A stretch of DNA of 64,000 nt, taken from the NCBI GenBank assembly GCA_013335095.1, contig JAAXWF010000001.1, positions 292,268 to 356,267 on the forward strand, given 5' to 3'. Positions 47,623 to 56,764 of this stretch are shown here, piece after piece. The DNA comes from a candidate division WWE3 bacterium (lineage in GTDB: Bacteria; Patescibacteriota; 4484-211; GCA-002791395). Below the pieces are notes generated by a model, which was not told the origin of the DNA, did no database searches, and worked only from the letters and a program-made list of their open reading frames with translations. Each line of letters opens with the position of its first letter. The first letter of the stretch is position 1. A program made the translations under genes and the position numbers.

Positions 47623-47699
47623 GGGCCTGTAGCTCAGTTGGCTAGAGCGCATGCATCGCACGCATGAGGTCAGGGGTTCGAGTCCCCTCAGGTCCACCA
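47623..47699 (+). tRNA. tRNA-Ala (anticodon CGC), CCA encoded
   Basis: Acceptor GGGCCTG/CAGGTCC with a G3-U70 pair (the Ala identity element), anticodon stem CATGC/GCATG with loop ATCGCAC, T-arm AGGGG-TTCGAGT-CCCCT, discriminator A, CCA. Confidence 0.75.
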
Positions 47700-48447
47700 T
47701 TTATCATTTATTGAGTACGAAGATTATTAGATTATAAAATTCACGGACTCTATCTATATATAACATTGCACCTCCTCCTACAAGAAAGTACGGTGTCGCT
47801 TTGCCTAAATTAATAGCCGCATTCTCTACGTATGGCTCAATTGCATGAACTAAAAACCACTTGAATAATCGGTCTCGTTTGTTTGGGGTTGTGTATTTTT
47901 TCTTCATCATTCTATTCGTATCTTACAAACTAAGTGCCCGTTTCTTATATATTTCAGTTTTTAGCAATTTCTCCGTTGGTGCTCTTACTTCTTATGATTA
48001 AAATTGCTGGGAAGTACTCCATGTTCTATAAGATCACTCTACTTGCCTGAGTTATAAAGATAACGACTTTGCTTTTTGATTCGCGTATAAAAAAAGCCGC
48101 TCCTGTATATCTCAAACTCTTTCGAGTTCCCGGACTAAGTTCTTTTCTTTAGTTCGGTAGATAGACACGAGCGGCGCCTTTTGTTTAGGTAGCCTCCTCT
48201 TGATTTGAATTTATTATACCACCAGTCCGGTTGATTGGTTGAGTCATGTTAGATGTGTTTGTCGATTGCTTGGAGTGTTTGCTAATTGTTGGGTCGGTTA
48301 AATCGCTGCAACTTTATCGTAATTTTCTTTGAAGAATGAACCGTCACCGTAAAACCAGTGGTGCACTCCTATCTTGATGCAAGCTGTTCGCTTATAGATA
48401 TTTATGGTTATTGCAGAGCTTGTATACTCCGACTTGAGGCCTATAGT

Positions 48448-48476
48448 TTGACGATTTTGTGCTTTTCCCGTATACT
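48448..48476 (+). promoter_or_regulatory. Sigma70-type promoter TTGACG-N17-TATACT for family B member 1
   Basis: Preceded by the CCTATAGTT motif; the GCCAC putative +1 follows the -10 hexamer. Confidence 0.55.
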
Positions 48477-48519
48477 AAAGCCACTTCATGTCCGTGGAAT
48501 TAACTAAAGGAGGTAGCCA

Positions 48520-49302
48520 ATGGCTACTATTCGAGGACGGAGTCTTGGACGGCTAAAGTTTGCCGAAGTCGAAGAGCTTTGCCCGATCCGGTGCGTGATT
48601 CACGACCAGCGGGTGACCCGTGATCAGATCGTTCATCCCGCTCCGGCTGAAGGGCGACTGATCAACAACCGAGGCTTCGCGTATGGCGAACTGACGAGCT
48701 CAGTTCAGGGGCCATTTCTGGTTCTGAATCATCCGGGTCTCTACAAGGGTACCAGGATGGTTCATTATGGCATGCACCAACAGCCCCTGAATTTCGAGGC
48801 TATTGAGGGGTATGAGATCCTCGAGGGTGATGTTCCCTCATTCGATCTCGGCATGCTTGAGCCTCGGCCGAATCGTCCCGCCGATGTGCGGGGGTGGAGC
48901 CTGTATGCCTACCTCACCGAGCGGTTCGGCAAGCATGACGCCGTGCTTGTCACCTGGCACAAGCCGGATGGCCGCCTCTACGACAGAGGTTTTTGGCCTA
49001 CCTATTTTCCGGTGACGCCGTCCGGGTTCGATCAGATTGCGGCACGTGAGTTGTTGGGGGAAAGCTATGTGCATAACCCCTACGGCCAAATGCCTGTGTC
49101 TTTGATCGAGCTGCTGATTGGCGGCCAGCTCGAGTACGTTGTACCTGGGAATCCGATCCCAGGAGATGTCCCGGCGACAGTCCAGATCTGGCCCAAAGCC
49201 AGACGGCTGGAGCGCTCGGATGCGTCCGTGATATGGGTGCAAGTCTCGGCCCACGCGCGGATGTTTGATGACATGGCTCCGGGAGCCATTAGTCTCGCCT
49301 AA
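48520..49302 (+). CDS. GC-rich paralog family B, member 1 (hypothetical; no zinc ribbon)
   Basis: AGGAGGTAGCC-A-ATGGCT start context shared with members 2-4. N-terminus MATIRGRSLGRL...ELCP and core LNHPGLYKGTRMVHYG are shared with the other members. About 60 % GC. Terminator at 49321-49350. Confidence 0.55.
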   Translation: MATIRGRSLGRLKFAEVEELCPIRCVIHDQRVTRDQIVHPAPAEGRLINNRGFAYGELTSSVQGPFLVLNHPGLYKGTRMVHYGMHQQPLNFEAIEGYEILEGDVPSFDLGMLEPRPNRPADVRGWSLYAYLTERFGKHDAVLVTWHKPDGRLYDRGFWPTYFPVTPSGFDQIAARELLGESYVHNPYGQMPVSLIELLIGGQLEYVVPGNPIPGDVPATVQIWPKARRLERSDASVIWVQVSAHARMFDDMAPGAISLA

Positions 49303-49364
49303 GTTATTTCGAAAACGGAAAGGCAGGGGAAATTCCTCTGCCTTATTTTTTATTAACCCATAGT

Positions 49365-49393
49365 TTGACTTGTTCATTACTTTTTCTTATACT
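49365..49393 (+). promoter_or_regulatory. Sigma70-type promoter TTGACT-N17-TATACT for family B member 2
   Basis: CCCATAGTTTGACT...TATACTAATGCCAC; the spacing was counted by hand. Confidence 0.55.
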
Positions 49394-49435
49394 AATGCCA
49401 CATTTCGTATCGGAGACTATATAAGGAGGTAGCCA

Positions 49436-50497
49436 ATGGCTGCTGAGTTGGATACGGGAAATTTGTCCGATAAAACCTGGCGCGAGATCGCAGGGTTGTG
49501 TCCGTTGTCTGTTCGACTGATGCAAGGTCCCCTCGATGATTCCGTTTCGATCATACATCCAAACGGGACCGAAGGGGAGTTGACCGTCGTAATCCATGAT
49601 AACGGCTGGATTTTTCGCCATTCTGCCCTGCATAATGGCGAGGTGCAGATACCAGCGGCAGAGGGTGATGCGACACCGGCGGCATCGAGGATATCTCTTC
49701 GGATTTATGAAAATCCGGTGGTGGTGTGCCCAGTGTGTAGGCATCGTAACGACCCGACTTATCGATATTGTGATAACTGTGGGGCTGACCTAAGGTTTGG
49801 TGATGAGCGACGAGGGGCACCACGCGCTAAACCGTGGGTTGATAAACAGCCCTATCTTGCCGAACCGTTCCAGCCTACATTTGTCTCTCAATGTCCGGCA
49901 TGTGGGGCCTCGACTTTCGGGTATGAACAGTTCTGTGATAGTTGTGGGGCTCATCTTCGTCTTGGGAAGGCCACTATTAACCCACAGGGCGATCAGGCAC
50001 TCCCGCTTATTGCTTCCGCACCAGCTTCTTTTCAGTTGGAGCTAAACCCAAGTGTGGTGTTGCATACCACAACTTACAGGGAGCTGAAGCGGCGTTTTGG
50101 TGAGCACCGTGGAGTGTATATCACCTGGCAGGTGAGTTCTGGGGGCGCCCGGTATGGAGGTAATTACCCGTCGATAGTTTTCGCGGTTGACCCTGATGAG
50201 ATGCAGCGCATCGTAGCTCTGTCGGGTTACGGTAGCCGATGTCGGGTTTTGCCATACTCTTCAATGAACGACGCCTTAATTGCGCGTTTGCTCTCGGAAG
50301 AGGTGGTACAAAACCTCCCGATTCCACCCGAAGTTTCAAACATTCGGGCGGGGTTTGACGTCATGAGCGGACTTGCTTTGCTGGTGCAAGATAATGAAGC
50401 TCAGGTGATTGCTGTCGTTGTGGGAACCCATGCACTGCCATCTGAACTTCGTCGGCTGGGGTTGATCTCTGACGAAGAGGGTCCAGCCTCTGCCTAA
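49436..50497 (+). CDS. GC-rich paralog family B, member 2 (two zinc-ribbon modules; hypothetical)
   Basis: Double zinc ribbon CPVCRHRNDPTYRYCDNCGADL and CPACGASTFGYEQFCDSCGAHL. The C-terminal block RCRVLPYSSMNDALIARLL...ELRRLGLISDEEG is shared with member 3. Terminator at 50515-50540. Confidence 0.55.
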   Translation: MAAELDTGNLSDKTWREIAGLCPLSVRLMQGPLDDSVSIIHPNGTEGELTVVIHDNGWIFRHSALHNGEVQIPAAEGDATPAASRISLRIYENPVVVCPVCRHRNDPTYRYCDNCGADLRFGDERRGAPRAKPWVDKQPYLAEPFQPTFVSQCPACGASTFGYEQFCDSCGAHLRLGKATINPQGDQALPLIASAPASFQLELNPSVVLHTTTYRELKRRFGEHRGVYITWQVSSGGARYGGNYPSIVFAVDPDEMQRIVALSGYGSRCRVLPYSSMNDALIARLLSEEVVQNLPIPPEVSNIRAGFDVMSGLALLVQDNEAQVIAVVVGTHALPSELRRLGLISDEEGPASA

Positions 50498-50558
50498 TTC
50501 ATGTGTGCGATGTTGCCGGGGAGAAATCCTCGGCTTTTTTATATCTATACCCCATAGT

Positions 50559-50587
50559 TTGACTTGTCCTTTGTTTTTTCTTATACT
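50559..50587 (+). promoter_or_regulatory. Sigma70-type promoter TTGACT-N17-TATACT for family B member 3
   Basis: CCCCATAGTTTGACT...TATACTAATGCCAC. Confidence 0.55.
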
Positions 50588-50629
50588 AATGCCACTTCGT
50601 ATATCCTGGATTATCTAAGGAGGTAGCCC

Positions 50630-51616
50630 GTGGCTATCAGAGGTCGCTATCTTGGTCATTCCCGCTTGTTCGATCTTGCGGCGTTAACTCCGCTCGAATG
50701 CGAGTTACGCTATGCACTGCCGTCAGACCCGGAAGCCTTGCTTCCATCAGACGCCGACAGTCCTGATCCGTACATTCCGGGAACGTTGACCCTCGATTTT
50801 GAGGGTGAGGGACTGGACATGTTGGTGTTACGCCATCCTGGACTTAAAGGTGGCGAACTGCGTGTTCCATTTGGTGATCGCGAGAATCCGCTGACCCATT
50901 ACGGGGTTCAAGTGTTTGCTTTGATCGAAGGCACTTTCCGCAGCACCTGCCCGATGTGCCATGCTCCCAGTGTGGTCCCTGAACAGCGCTTTTGTGAGGC
51001 GTGCGGTGCGAGCCTCGTGGTCTCATTTGGACGACGACGGCAAACCGCAGTGAGTAGCATCATGCCGTGGGGGACGTCCGACATCGACTATGAAGTGGGT
51101 GCAGGGCGAGTTCTGGGACCGAACATTACTGTTGCCGCTGTTCCCCTCAAGGTTAAAGCATCCCATGGGGATGCGTTACCGCCTGAACTCATCAAATTTG
51201 AGGCTCACCTGGTGTATCGGGCGCTGAAAAAGCGAGTCGGTCACCACCTGGCGATGGGTGTGGTATGGCGAACCGAAAATGGTAGCGATGATGAGGAACT
51301 GTGTTTTCGTCCGTTGCTTTTCGCCATGGATGTGGGCCTGGCAGCGGACCTTGTATCACAAGGTTCTCATGTCGTTCGTCGATATCGGGTGCTACCGTAT
51401 TCCGATATCAATGAGGCGCTCGTTGCTTTGCTGGTTGATGATTCTCGCCAACAGCACCAGCTTGCCAGTGTCGATGGGAGACCAGCCGTGCTGGAAGTGT
51501 TTGAGTCAGTGATTTCGTTGAATTCACAACTGGAATATCCGGTTGTTTCGTTGATTATTTCAGCAAACGCTCACCCAGACGAGCTCGCTCGACTTGGGCT
51601 TTTGTTTGCTGACTAA
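50630..51616 (+). CDS. GC-rich paralog family B, member 3 (one zinc ribbon; hypothetical)
   Basis: GTG start in the same AGGAGGTAGCC context. Motifs MAIRGRYLG, RHPGLKGGELRV, CPMCHAPSVVPEQRFCEACGASL, RYRVLPYSDINEALVALLV...ELARLGLLFAD. Terminator at 51638-51664. Confidence 0.5.
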   Translation: MAIRGRYLGHSRLFDLAALTPLECELRYALPSDPEALLPSDADSPDPYIPGTLTLDFEGEGLDMLVLRHPGLKGGELRVPFGDRENPLTHYGVQVFALIEGTFRSTCPMCHAPSVVPEQRFCEACGASLVVSFGRRRQTAVSSIMPWGTSDIDYEVGAGRVLGPNITVAAVPLKVKASHGDALPPELIKFEAHLVYRALKKRVGHHLAMGVVWRTENGSDDEELCFRPLLFAMDVGLAADLVSQGSHVVRRYRVLPYSDINEALVALLVDDSRQQHQLASVDGRPAVLEVFESVISLNSQLEYPVVSLIISANAHPDELARLGLLFAD

Positions 51617-51676
51617 TCAGTTGTATCGGTAAACCAGGCCGGGGAGAAATCCTCGGCTTTTTATTAATCCTATAGT

Positions 51677-51705
51677 TTGACTTTATCCCGGATTTTCTTT
51701 ATACT
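51677..51705 (+). promoter_or_regulatory. Sigma70-type promoter TTGACT-N17-TATACT for family B member 4
   Basis: CCTATAGTTTGACT...TATACTAAAGCCAC. Confidence 0.55.
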
Positions 51706-51755
51706 AAAGCCACGTCATAAGTCTGGAGCGCTTCGGCGCGTTACGGAGGTAACCG

Positions 51756-52277
51756 ATGGTTATCACTAGTAGGTCGGATTTAAACCGACTGCCAATCGGG
51801 GAGATCGGACGGATGTGTCCTATGTATGTGGAACTCGCACAAATAGGACCAGAGGACTATGCCCCTGGCGTAGATAGTTCGGGGCATCCCTGTCAGAAGG
51901 CCACCTACAACTATGTTAAGGGGTGGCTAACGGCAGAGGAGATCCCGCACTTCTGGGTGTTTCGGCATCCCGGGTTGAAGAACGGAAAGCTTCGGGTCTC
52001 TGCATTCAATTCGGATGTTAAGCCGGGATTCTACAACGTTGCCCTGTATCGCTGTGACGCCCCGGCTGTGGTGGCGTCAACTCCGCCGGCTGAGTGCCCC
52101 AACTGCGGGGCGCCTATTCCGCCGGATCCTGCCGTTCGCTTCTGCGACGTCTGCGGGACATCGCTTGAGCCAATGCCTGAGTCGGCGACGCCGAATGGAC
52201 GATTTCAGATCGGGGTGAATGCCAAGATCACCTGCACCCCATCAGGCATATCAATCGTCTTCAACGTCGACGAGTAA
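51756..52277 (+). CDS. GC-rich paralog family B, member 4 (short form, one zinc ribbon; hypothetical)
   Basis: Motifs RHPGLKNGKLRV and CPNCGAPIPPDPAVRFCDVCGTSL; 173 aa, lacking the C-terminal block of members 2 and 3. Confidence 0.5.
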   Translation: MVITSRSDLNRLPIGEIGRMCPMYVELAQIGPEDYAPGVDSSGHPCQKATYNYVKGWLTAEEIPHFWVFRHPGLKNGKLRVSAFNSDVKPGFYNVALYRCDAPAVVASTPPAECPNCGAPIPPDPAVRFCDVCGTSLEPMPESATPNGRFQIGVNAKITCTPSGISIVFNVDE

Positions 52278-52414
52278 CGTTCACTATTCGCGTCGGTCAA
52301 AACGGGGCAGGGGATGGTTTATCCATCCTCGGCCCTGGGATTATATTTTTCCCGGTTTGTTACAATACATCTGTTGATACACTAGCCCATTAACCATGGC
52401 TTGGAGGTAATTCT

Positions 52415-53185
52415 ATGGAGGCCCAAGGATTTAGCCTGGTCCCATCCTTAGATGGTTCTCAGTCGATGCCGGAGGTATGGTATCGATTTATGGATGGGCA
52501 ACTCGAGCTCCGTTTTACCGGACTTGAGCCGTTTGCTCTGCCGATGCGACTTGTGCTTGGCGGTGGATTTGGTGGCTACCTTTTTACCACTGGACTGCAT
52601 AATCTCATCGACCTGTACTACCTTTGCCACTGGCTTGCAGCCATACAAGGTACTCCGGGCGAGATGATCGCGGCATTCAGTTATGAGTACGACCCTGATA
52701 ACGTCATGGTCCAACGAGTTGCGGCATTGTTTAAACAGTACCGGAGCCAGCTCAAACTGTTGCGTAACCAGATCGATCAGCGCTATGAGCGAATACTCGG
52801 AGCGACTAATCCCGCGACCGATCCGGGCTCGGGGGCGATTGGGATCATCGAAATTGATGGTGAATCATATTTCGAGGTTAATGCCACGCGACTTGAAGGA
52901 TCTGATGCCTTCTCGGCAAGCATCCTGCTACCCGTTGCGGCAATGCCACTGCTCTTGAGTTTAAAAGAGCAGGAAGATCAGGGGCCCTTTGGCTTCTATC
53001 TTCAAACGGTAACGGAACTGATCGGTGATTCGGTGGATATGCTCATCTGGCTATTCCACACGAATATGTTCAATCGTCCTGTATTGGAACTCTTGGAGGT
53101 TCCCACTCCCACCCGCATCTTCCTCGACCTACAGTACCAACTTGTCCAGCAAGTTATGGAGGTGATTAGGTCTTCAAGTCAGTAA
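52415..53185 (+). CDS. Hypothetical protein (GC-rich)
   Basis: 256 aa with a GGAGG RBS, same strand and composition as family B but no shared motifs. Confidence 0.45.
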   Translation: MEAQGFSLVPSLDGSQSMPEVWYRFMDGQLELRFTGLEPFALPMRLVLGGGFGGYLFTTGLHNLIDLYYLCHWLAAIQGTPGEMIAAFSYEYDPDNVMVQRVAALFKQYRSQLKLLRNQIDQRYERILGATNPATDPGSGAIGIIEIDGESYFEVNATRLEGSDAFSASILLPVAAMPLLLSLKEQEDQGPFGFYLQTVTELIGDSVDMLIWLFHTNMFNRPVLELLEVPTPTRIFLDLQYQLVQQVMEVIRSSSQ

Positions 53186-53242
53186 ATTATTGATACTGTG
53201 GCAGGAGCATTATGCTTCTGCCATAATCTTTAAAGAGATAAA

Positions 53243-53545
53243 TTAACTAAATAACACCCCAAAAACGACAAGGGCGTTAGCAATAGTATTCAGGCTGTTG
53301 GCGATGATTAATGGTCTGTTTTGCGTCTGTAATCCGTAAATTGTCCAGCATAGAGCTAGTATGGTGTAGCCCATCCACGATAATACCGAAACTCCTTGGG
53401 TGTTCTGATTTATCCAGATTCCAATAATTTGAGGTACGGCTATTAAAGGTTGGATTATCGCAACGATGTAAATAAAAAAATGATGTGGATGATTACTAGT
53501 CGAAGTATTTTTTTTCGCCACCAATGTAAGAGTAACAGAATTCAT
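53243..53545 (-). CDS. SemiSWEET-type (PQ-loop) sugar transporter half-unit
   Basis: 100 aa with three transmembrane helices. The TM1 PQ motif LIAVPQIIGIW and the ...WTIYGLQTQNRPLIIANSLNTIANALVV block match the canonical SemiSWEET pattern (W..YG....D/N.P.I.AN). Confidence 0.6.
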   Translation of the reverse strand: MNSVTLTLVAKKNTSTSNHPHHFFIYIVAIIQPLIAVPQIIGIWINQNTQGVSVLSWMGYTILALCWTIYGLQTQNRPLIIANSLNTIANALVVFGVLFS

Positions 53546-53654
53546 GTTTGTATTTCAATCCGTATAAACAATATGGTTTTAGAAGAGGGAATAGATCCTA
53601 TGGGGTATAATGATTTCGCGCGTTTTTCGATATCGGACATCATAAGGAGGCTAC

Positions 53655-54671
53655 ATGGCCGCAGGTTCAGAAGTTCGCCAGCTTGCAGTTAAGGCAGCTG
53701 CGATCATTCAGGCCGAACCGGATACCCACATTCAGCACGATCGAATTGCCGAGATCGTCGGTCAGGTTATTGCTGATGCTGGGGTCGTGAATGCAAAGCG
53801 AAGGGGGATCGCTGCTCGGATTTTAACCGAGCTCACGGAGTATTGCGGTTTCTGGCGTTATGCGTCAGTGTGGGTCACCTTACCCAGACGTTCATCTGAT
53901 TGGATGAACCATGGGAAGGGGGACTTTGTCGTTTTTTGGACCTTACATTTCTTTGGTCCACAGAAGCTAGACGCACTCAATGCTCTGTATTTAGTGTGTT
54001 CTGCGTCACCTAAATCCCTACCGGATGGTTTTAAAGACGCTCTTAATTCACTTATGACCAGTAAGTGGATTGGGGTGGATGAAGGCGATGATCTGATCGC
54101 ACTGACTGAATGCGGTGAAATGCTGGTTAAGCTTTCGCTTGCAACTGAGGTCGATCCACAGCTCATCACTCAAGTTGTCCGACTGCGCCACTCACTCGGT
54201 TTTCGATATGGACGCGATACCCAAGATTGGTTTCGCAACTTGGGTGTCGGCGATTGGAAGAGCAAAGGTCCGGGTAAGCCCTCGCAGCTCACGTGGGCAG
54301 ATCATGCCGTGCAGGATATCGTCGTTGAAGAAGCTGGGGGACAGGCCAGGTACTCCGGTACCTCTTTGCTGCATCGATTGCCGCTAGACTCTGCTGCACA
54401 GTTGGTGCTGGGTAAGATCGTCGCGCTGCTCGTTCAATACGGCAGCTGGGCGATCCGCAAGGAGGAGCTCCTCCGTGAGATGTATGGGGGCGGTTGGGGT
54501 ATGTCAGTGTGGACGCCCTCTGAATTCGTCGAAGCAGTAATTGGCTACCTCATCAAGACGGGCCTGATCGTCTGTTACTCTCATAAAGTAACGGGTCAGG
54601 AGTGGTTTTGTTTAGCCCATTGTCAGCTACACGAGACGCTCATCGATCAACTCGATTTGGTTCGTAGCTAA
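53655..54671 (+). CDS. Hypothetical protein (GC-rich), flanked by the two SemiSWEET-like genes
   Basis: 338 aa with an AAGGAGG RBS; Trp/Gly-rich with no recognised domain. Confidence 0.45.
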   Translation: MAAGSEVRQLAVKAAAIIQAEPDTHIQHDRIAEIVGQVIADAGVVNAKRRGIAARILTELTEYCGFWRYASVWVTLPRRSSDWMNHGKGDFVVFWTLHFFGPQKLDALNALYLVCSASPKSLPDGFKDALNSLMTSKWIGVDEGDDLIALTECGEMLVKLSLATEVDPQLITQVVRLRHSLGFRYGRDTQDWFRNLGVGDWKSKGPGKPSQLTWADHAVQDIVVEEAGGQARYSGTSLLHRLPLDSAAQLVLGKIVALLVQYGSWAIRKEELLREMYGGGWGMSVWTPSEFVEAVIGYLIKTGLIVCYSHKVTGQEWFCLAHCQLHETLIDQLDLVRS

Positions 54672-54726
54672 GCCTACCTTGAATAGTTAATTAAACTTGG
54701 CCTGCAATCATATACGATTGCAGGCA

Positions 54727-55056
54727 TTACATAACAAACCCTTTTTGTAAAACCAAACTAATAAATACAATAATTGTTGATAATAAATTCAGAGCATTGA
54801 GGATAATTAATATTTCGTTTCGTGAATAAATTGTGTATATAAACCAACTTAAAGATATTAGTCCATAACCTCCAAACATCACGATCGAGAGTGATTCTAT
54901 CTTATGAAAACCCAACACCTCAACCAGCTGCCAGGTATTCATTATTAATATTCCACTTGTTACTAAATATGGCGAAAGTTGGGAGAATGGTAGTTTTTGA
55001 AGCTTGTGATTAATTTTACTAATAATGCGTTTCATAGGCCATTTATAGAGTATCAA
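54727..55056 (-). CDS. Divergent SemiSWEET-like three-helix membrane protein (PQ replaced by WQ)
   Basis: WFIYTIYSRNEILIILNALNLLSTIIV aligns with the SemiSWEET TM2-TM3 block of the 53243..53545 gene; the TM1 motif reads NTWQLVEV. Confidence 0.45.
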   Translation of the reverse strand: MILYKWPMKRIISKINHKLQKLPFSQLSPYLVTSGILIMNTWQLVEVLGFHKIESLSIVMFGGYGLISLSWFIYTIYSRNEILIILNALNLLSTIIVFISLVLQKGFVM

Positions 55057-55101
55057 AAAAAGATGCCTGGGAGAATTAAATCCCAGGCGTTTACGTAGCT
55101 A

Positions 55102-55755
55102 CTATTCTTCGGGCAAGGGTGGTTCTTTACCTTCCCATTTTTGCCATATCGGATTCGTCTGTTGATCTCGCGGCATGTTGTGGGTTTCAAATTCTGCCCA
55201 CCATGCAGCTGGATCTGGTAGGTGTGTGAGGACGGTTGCTGACCGATCACCATACTCCACAACACGCGAAAAGACCTTTGGCGTCTCGAAATGATTTCGA
55301 CGAGCAAGAGCTCGGTCTCGATCTTTGTTTGTTGGCCAGGTAACTAAGTACCAGGTTAACTGGCGTAGAGTCAAACCATTGACTATTGTTTGAGACAGGC
55401 CTTGTTTTAGCCATCTCATCGTGATGTTGTAAATATCGATTTGACCCATGATCCTACTCGGTATTCGTGGACCAAATAGGCTAATGGCAGCTGTTGCCCC
55501 ATGTGCTGGCTTGGTGATGCGTAAAGATCCTAGTAGTCCACCGACTTCATAGTCGATGATACTATGTTTGCGATATCCGGCAACGGTTTCGGCTAATATC
55601 CGTGCGGTTGCATCATCCAGATCGACCCGTAAATAAGGATCAATCGCCATTCCCGATACGACAACGTATCCCCCCAAAAGGGTGATGGGTCCAACATCTG
55701 GTATGCACACCAGTAATCCTCGGTTGCCGACCTCGATTAGTTGCGATAGACTCAT
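55102..55755 (-). CDS. Hypothetical protein (GC-rich)
   Basis: 217 aa with an AGGAGG RBS upstream; terminator hairpin GCCGGAGAA-agaat-ATTCTCCGGC at about 55828-55855. Confidence 0.45.
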   Translation of the reverse strand: MSLSQLIEVGNRGLLVCIPDVGPITLLGGYVVVSGMAIDPYLRVDLDDATARILAETVAGYRKHSIIDYEVGGLLGSLRITKPAHGATAAISLFGPRIPSRIMGQIDIYNITMRWLKQGLSQTIVNGLTLRQLTWYLVTWPTNKDRDRALARRNHFETPKVFSRVVEYGDRSATVLTHLPDPAAWWAEFETHNMPRDQQTNPIWQKWEGKEPPLPEE

Positions 55756-55883
55756 CGCGCCTCCTTAGGCTTTGTAGTGCCTATTCCTAGTATTCTAATA
55801 CTTGATAATTATAAAGCACATAATCAAAAAGCCGGAGAAAGAATATTCTCCGGCTCGGTGTAAAAATGTTGTAGTGTATTGTT

Positions 55884-56240
55884 TTACGTTAGTTTCGATT
55901 CCTCGTCTAGCCAGATCGAGCTAATCGGTGCATTAACTTGCATCAGTCGAGGGTAGAGCCATCCCCACACTAACGCAATTTGCTGACCTTGGATAAAGAC
56001 ATACCCACTCACTGGCTCCTTTGTATCAGATGAGATTACCTGATAACGAACGCCATCGCTCTCATCTTTGATCACCTGCGAGACTCGTTGAGTCCCTCGG
56101 CAATAATTGATTGTGATTTGATGGATCGTTGGTTCTAGCGCGCTACGTAGGGTTACTTCTACGTTTAAGTCCGGCACACTTCCTTCTTGGAACACTCGTT
56201 CCAGTACCAAACGTGATGGATCCGCAAGGGCGGTTCGCAT
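55884..56240 (-). CDS. Hypothetical protein
   Basis: 118 aa with a GGAGG RBS upstream. Confidence 0.4.
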   Translation of the reverse strand: MRTALADPSRLVLERVFQEGSVPDLNVEVTLRSALEPTIHQITINYCRGTQRVSQVIKDESDGVRYQVISSDTKEPVSGYVFIQGQQIALVWGWLYPRLMQVNAPISSIWLDEESKLT

Positions 56241-56458
56241 GGCAAACCTCCATGGAGTTTGACCGGCGGGAATTGCCCTCTGATTATACCAAAAATGGGT
56301 TTTTATTGTTTTTTCTTTAGATTAGTGTTTGCACTATATGCAATAGGTGTGTTACAGTAGTACATTGACTCTTGCGTTGTGGATCGCCAGAGTGTGTGGA
56401 TAAGCGGGGGCGTTGTAGCGCCCCCGCAGGCTTTTCCCCATAAGAGCAACGAGGCTCT

Positions 56459-56647
56459 CTAGTCTGCAGCCCCATGGCTGCTAGTGAACGCGGTGGGGGA
56501 GGCCGCGCTTCCATTGCCGTTAGGCGGGGCGACATCATCGATATCGCCGGTGAACGAACCCAATGGGGTGAACCCTCTCTGATGGGCAAAAAGCCCTAGG
56601 CCTGCTAGGACTACCCCACCTCCAAAAGCTGCTATTAGAAACAGCAT
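56459..56647 (-). CDS. Small GC-rich membrane peptide
   Basis: 62 aa (MLFLIAAFGGGVVLAGLGLFAH...) with a GGAGGG RBS 5 nt upstream; a perfect 9-bp hairpin GCGGGGGCG-ttgtag-CGCCCCCGC lies downstream at 56402-56425. Confidence 0.35.
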   Translation of the reverse strand: MLFLIAAFGGGVVLAGLGLFAHQRGFTPLGSFTGDIDDVAPPNGNGSAASPTAFTSSHGAAD

Positions 56648-56764
56648 ATCGACCCTCCTTCCGACGTGGATGGTTATAGGCTCTATTATACGCTAGCTGT
56701 GCTAGTTAACTCTAAATATATCAAATTGAAAATAAAATGTACTCTATTTGGATTAAGGATTTCT

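Noticed and set aside
56317-56589. 90-aa minus-strand ORF overlapping the small membrane peptide gene
   Set aside because: It is out of frame with the better-supported 56459..56647 gene (which has an RBS plus hydrophobic product); its own product is Pro/Arg-rich low-complexity.
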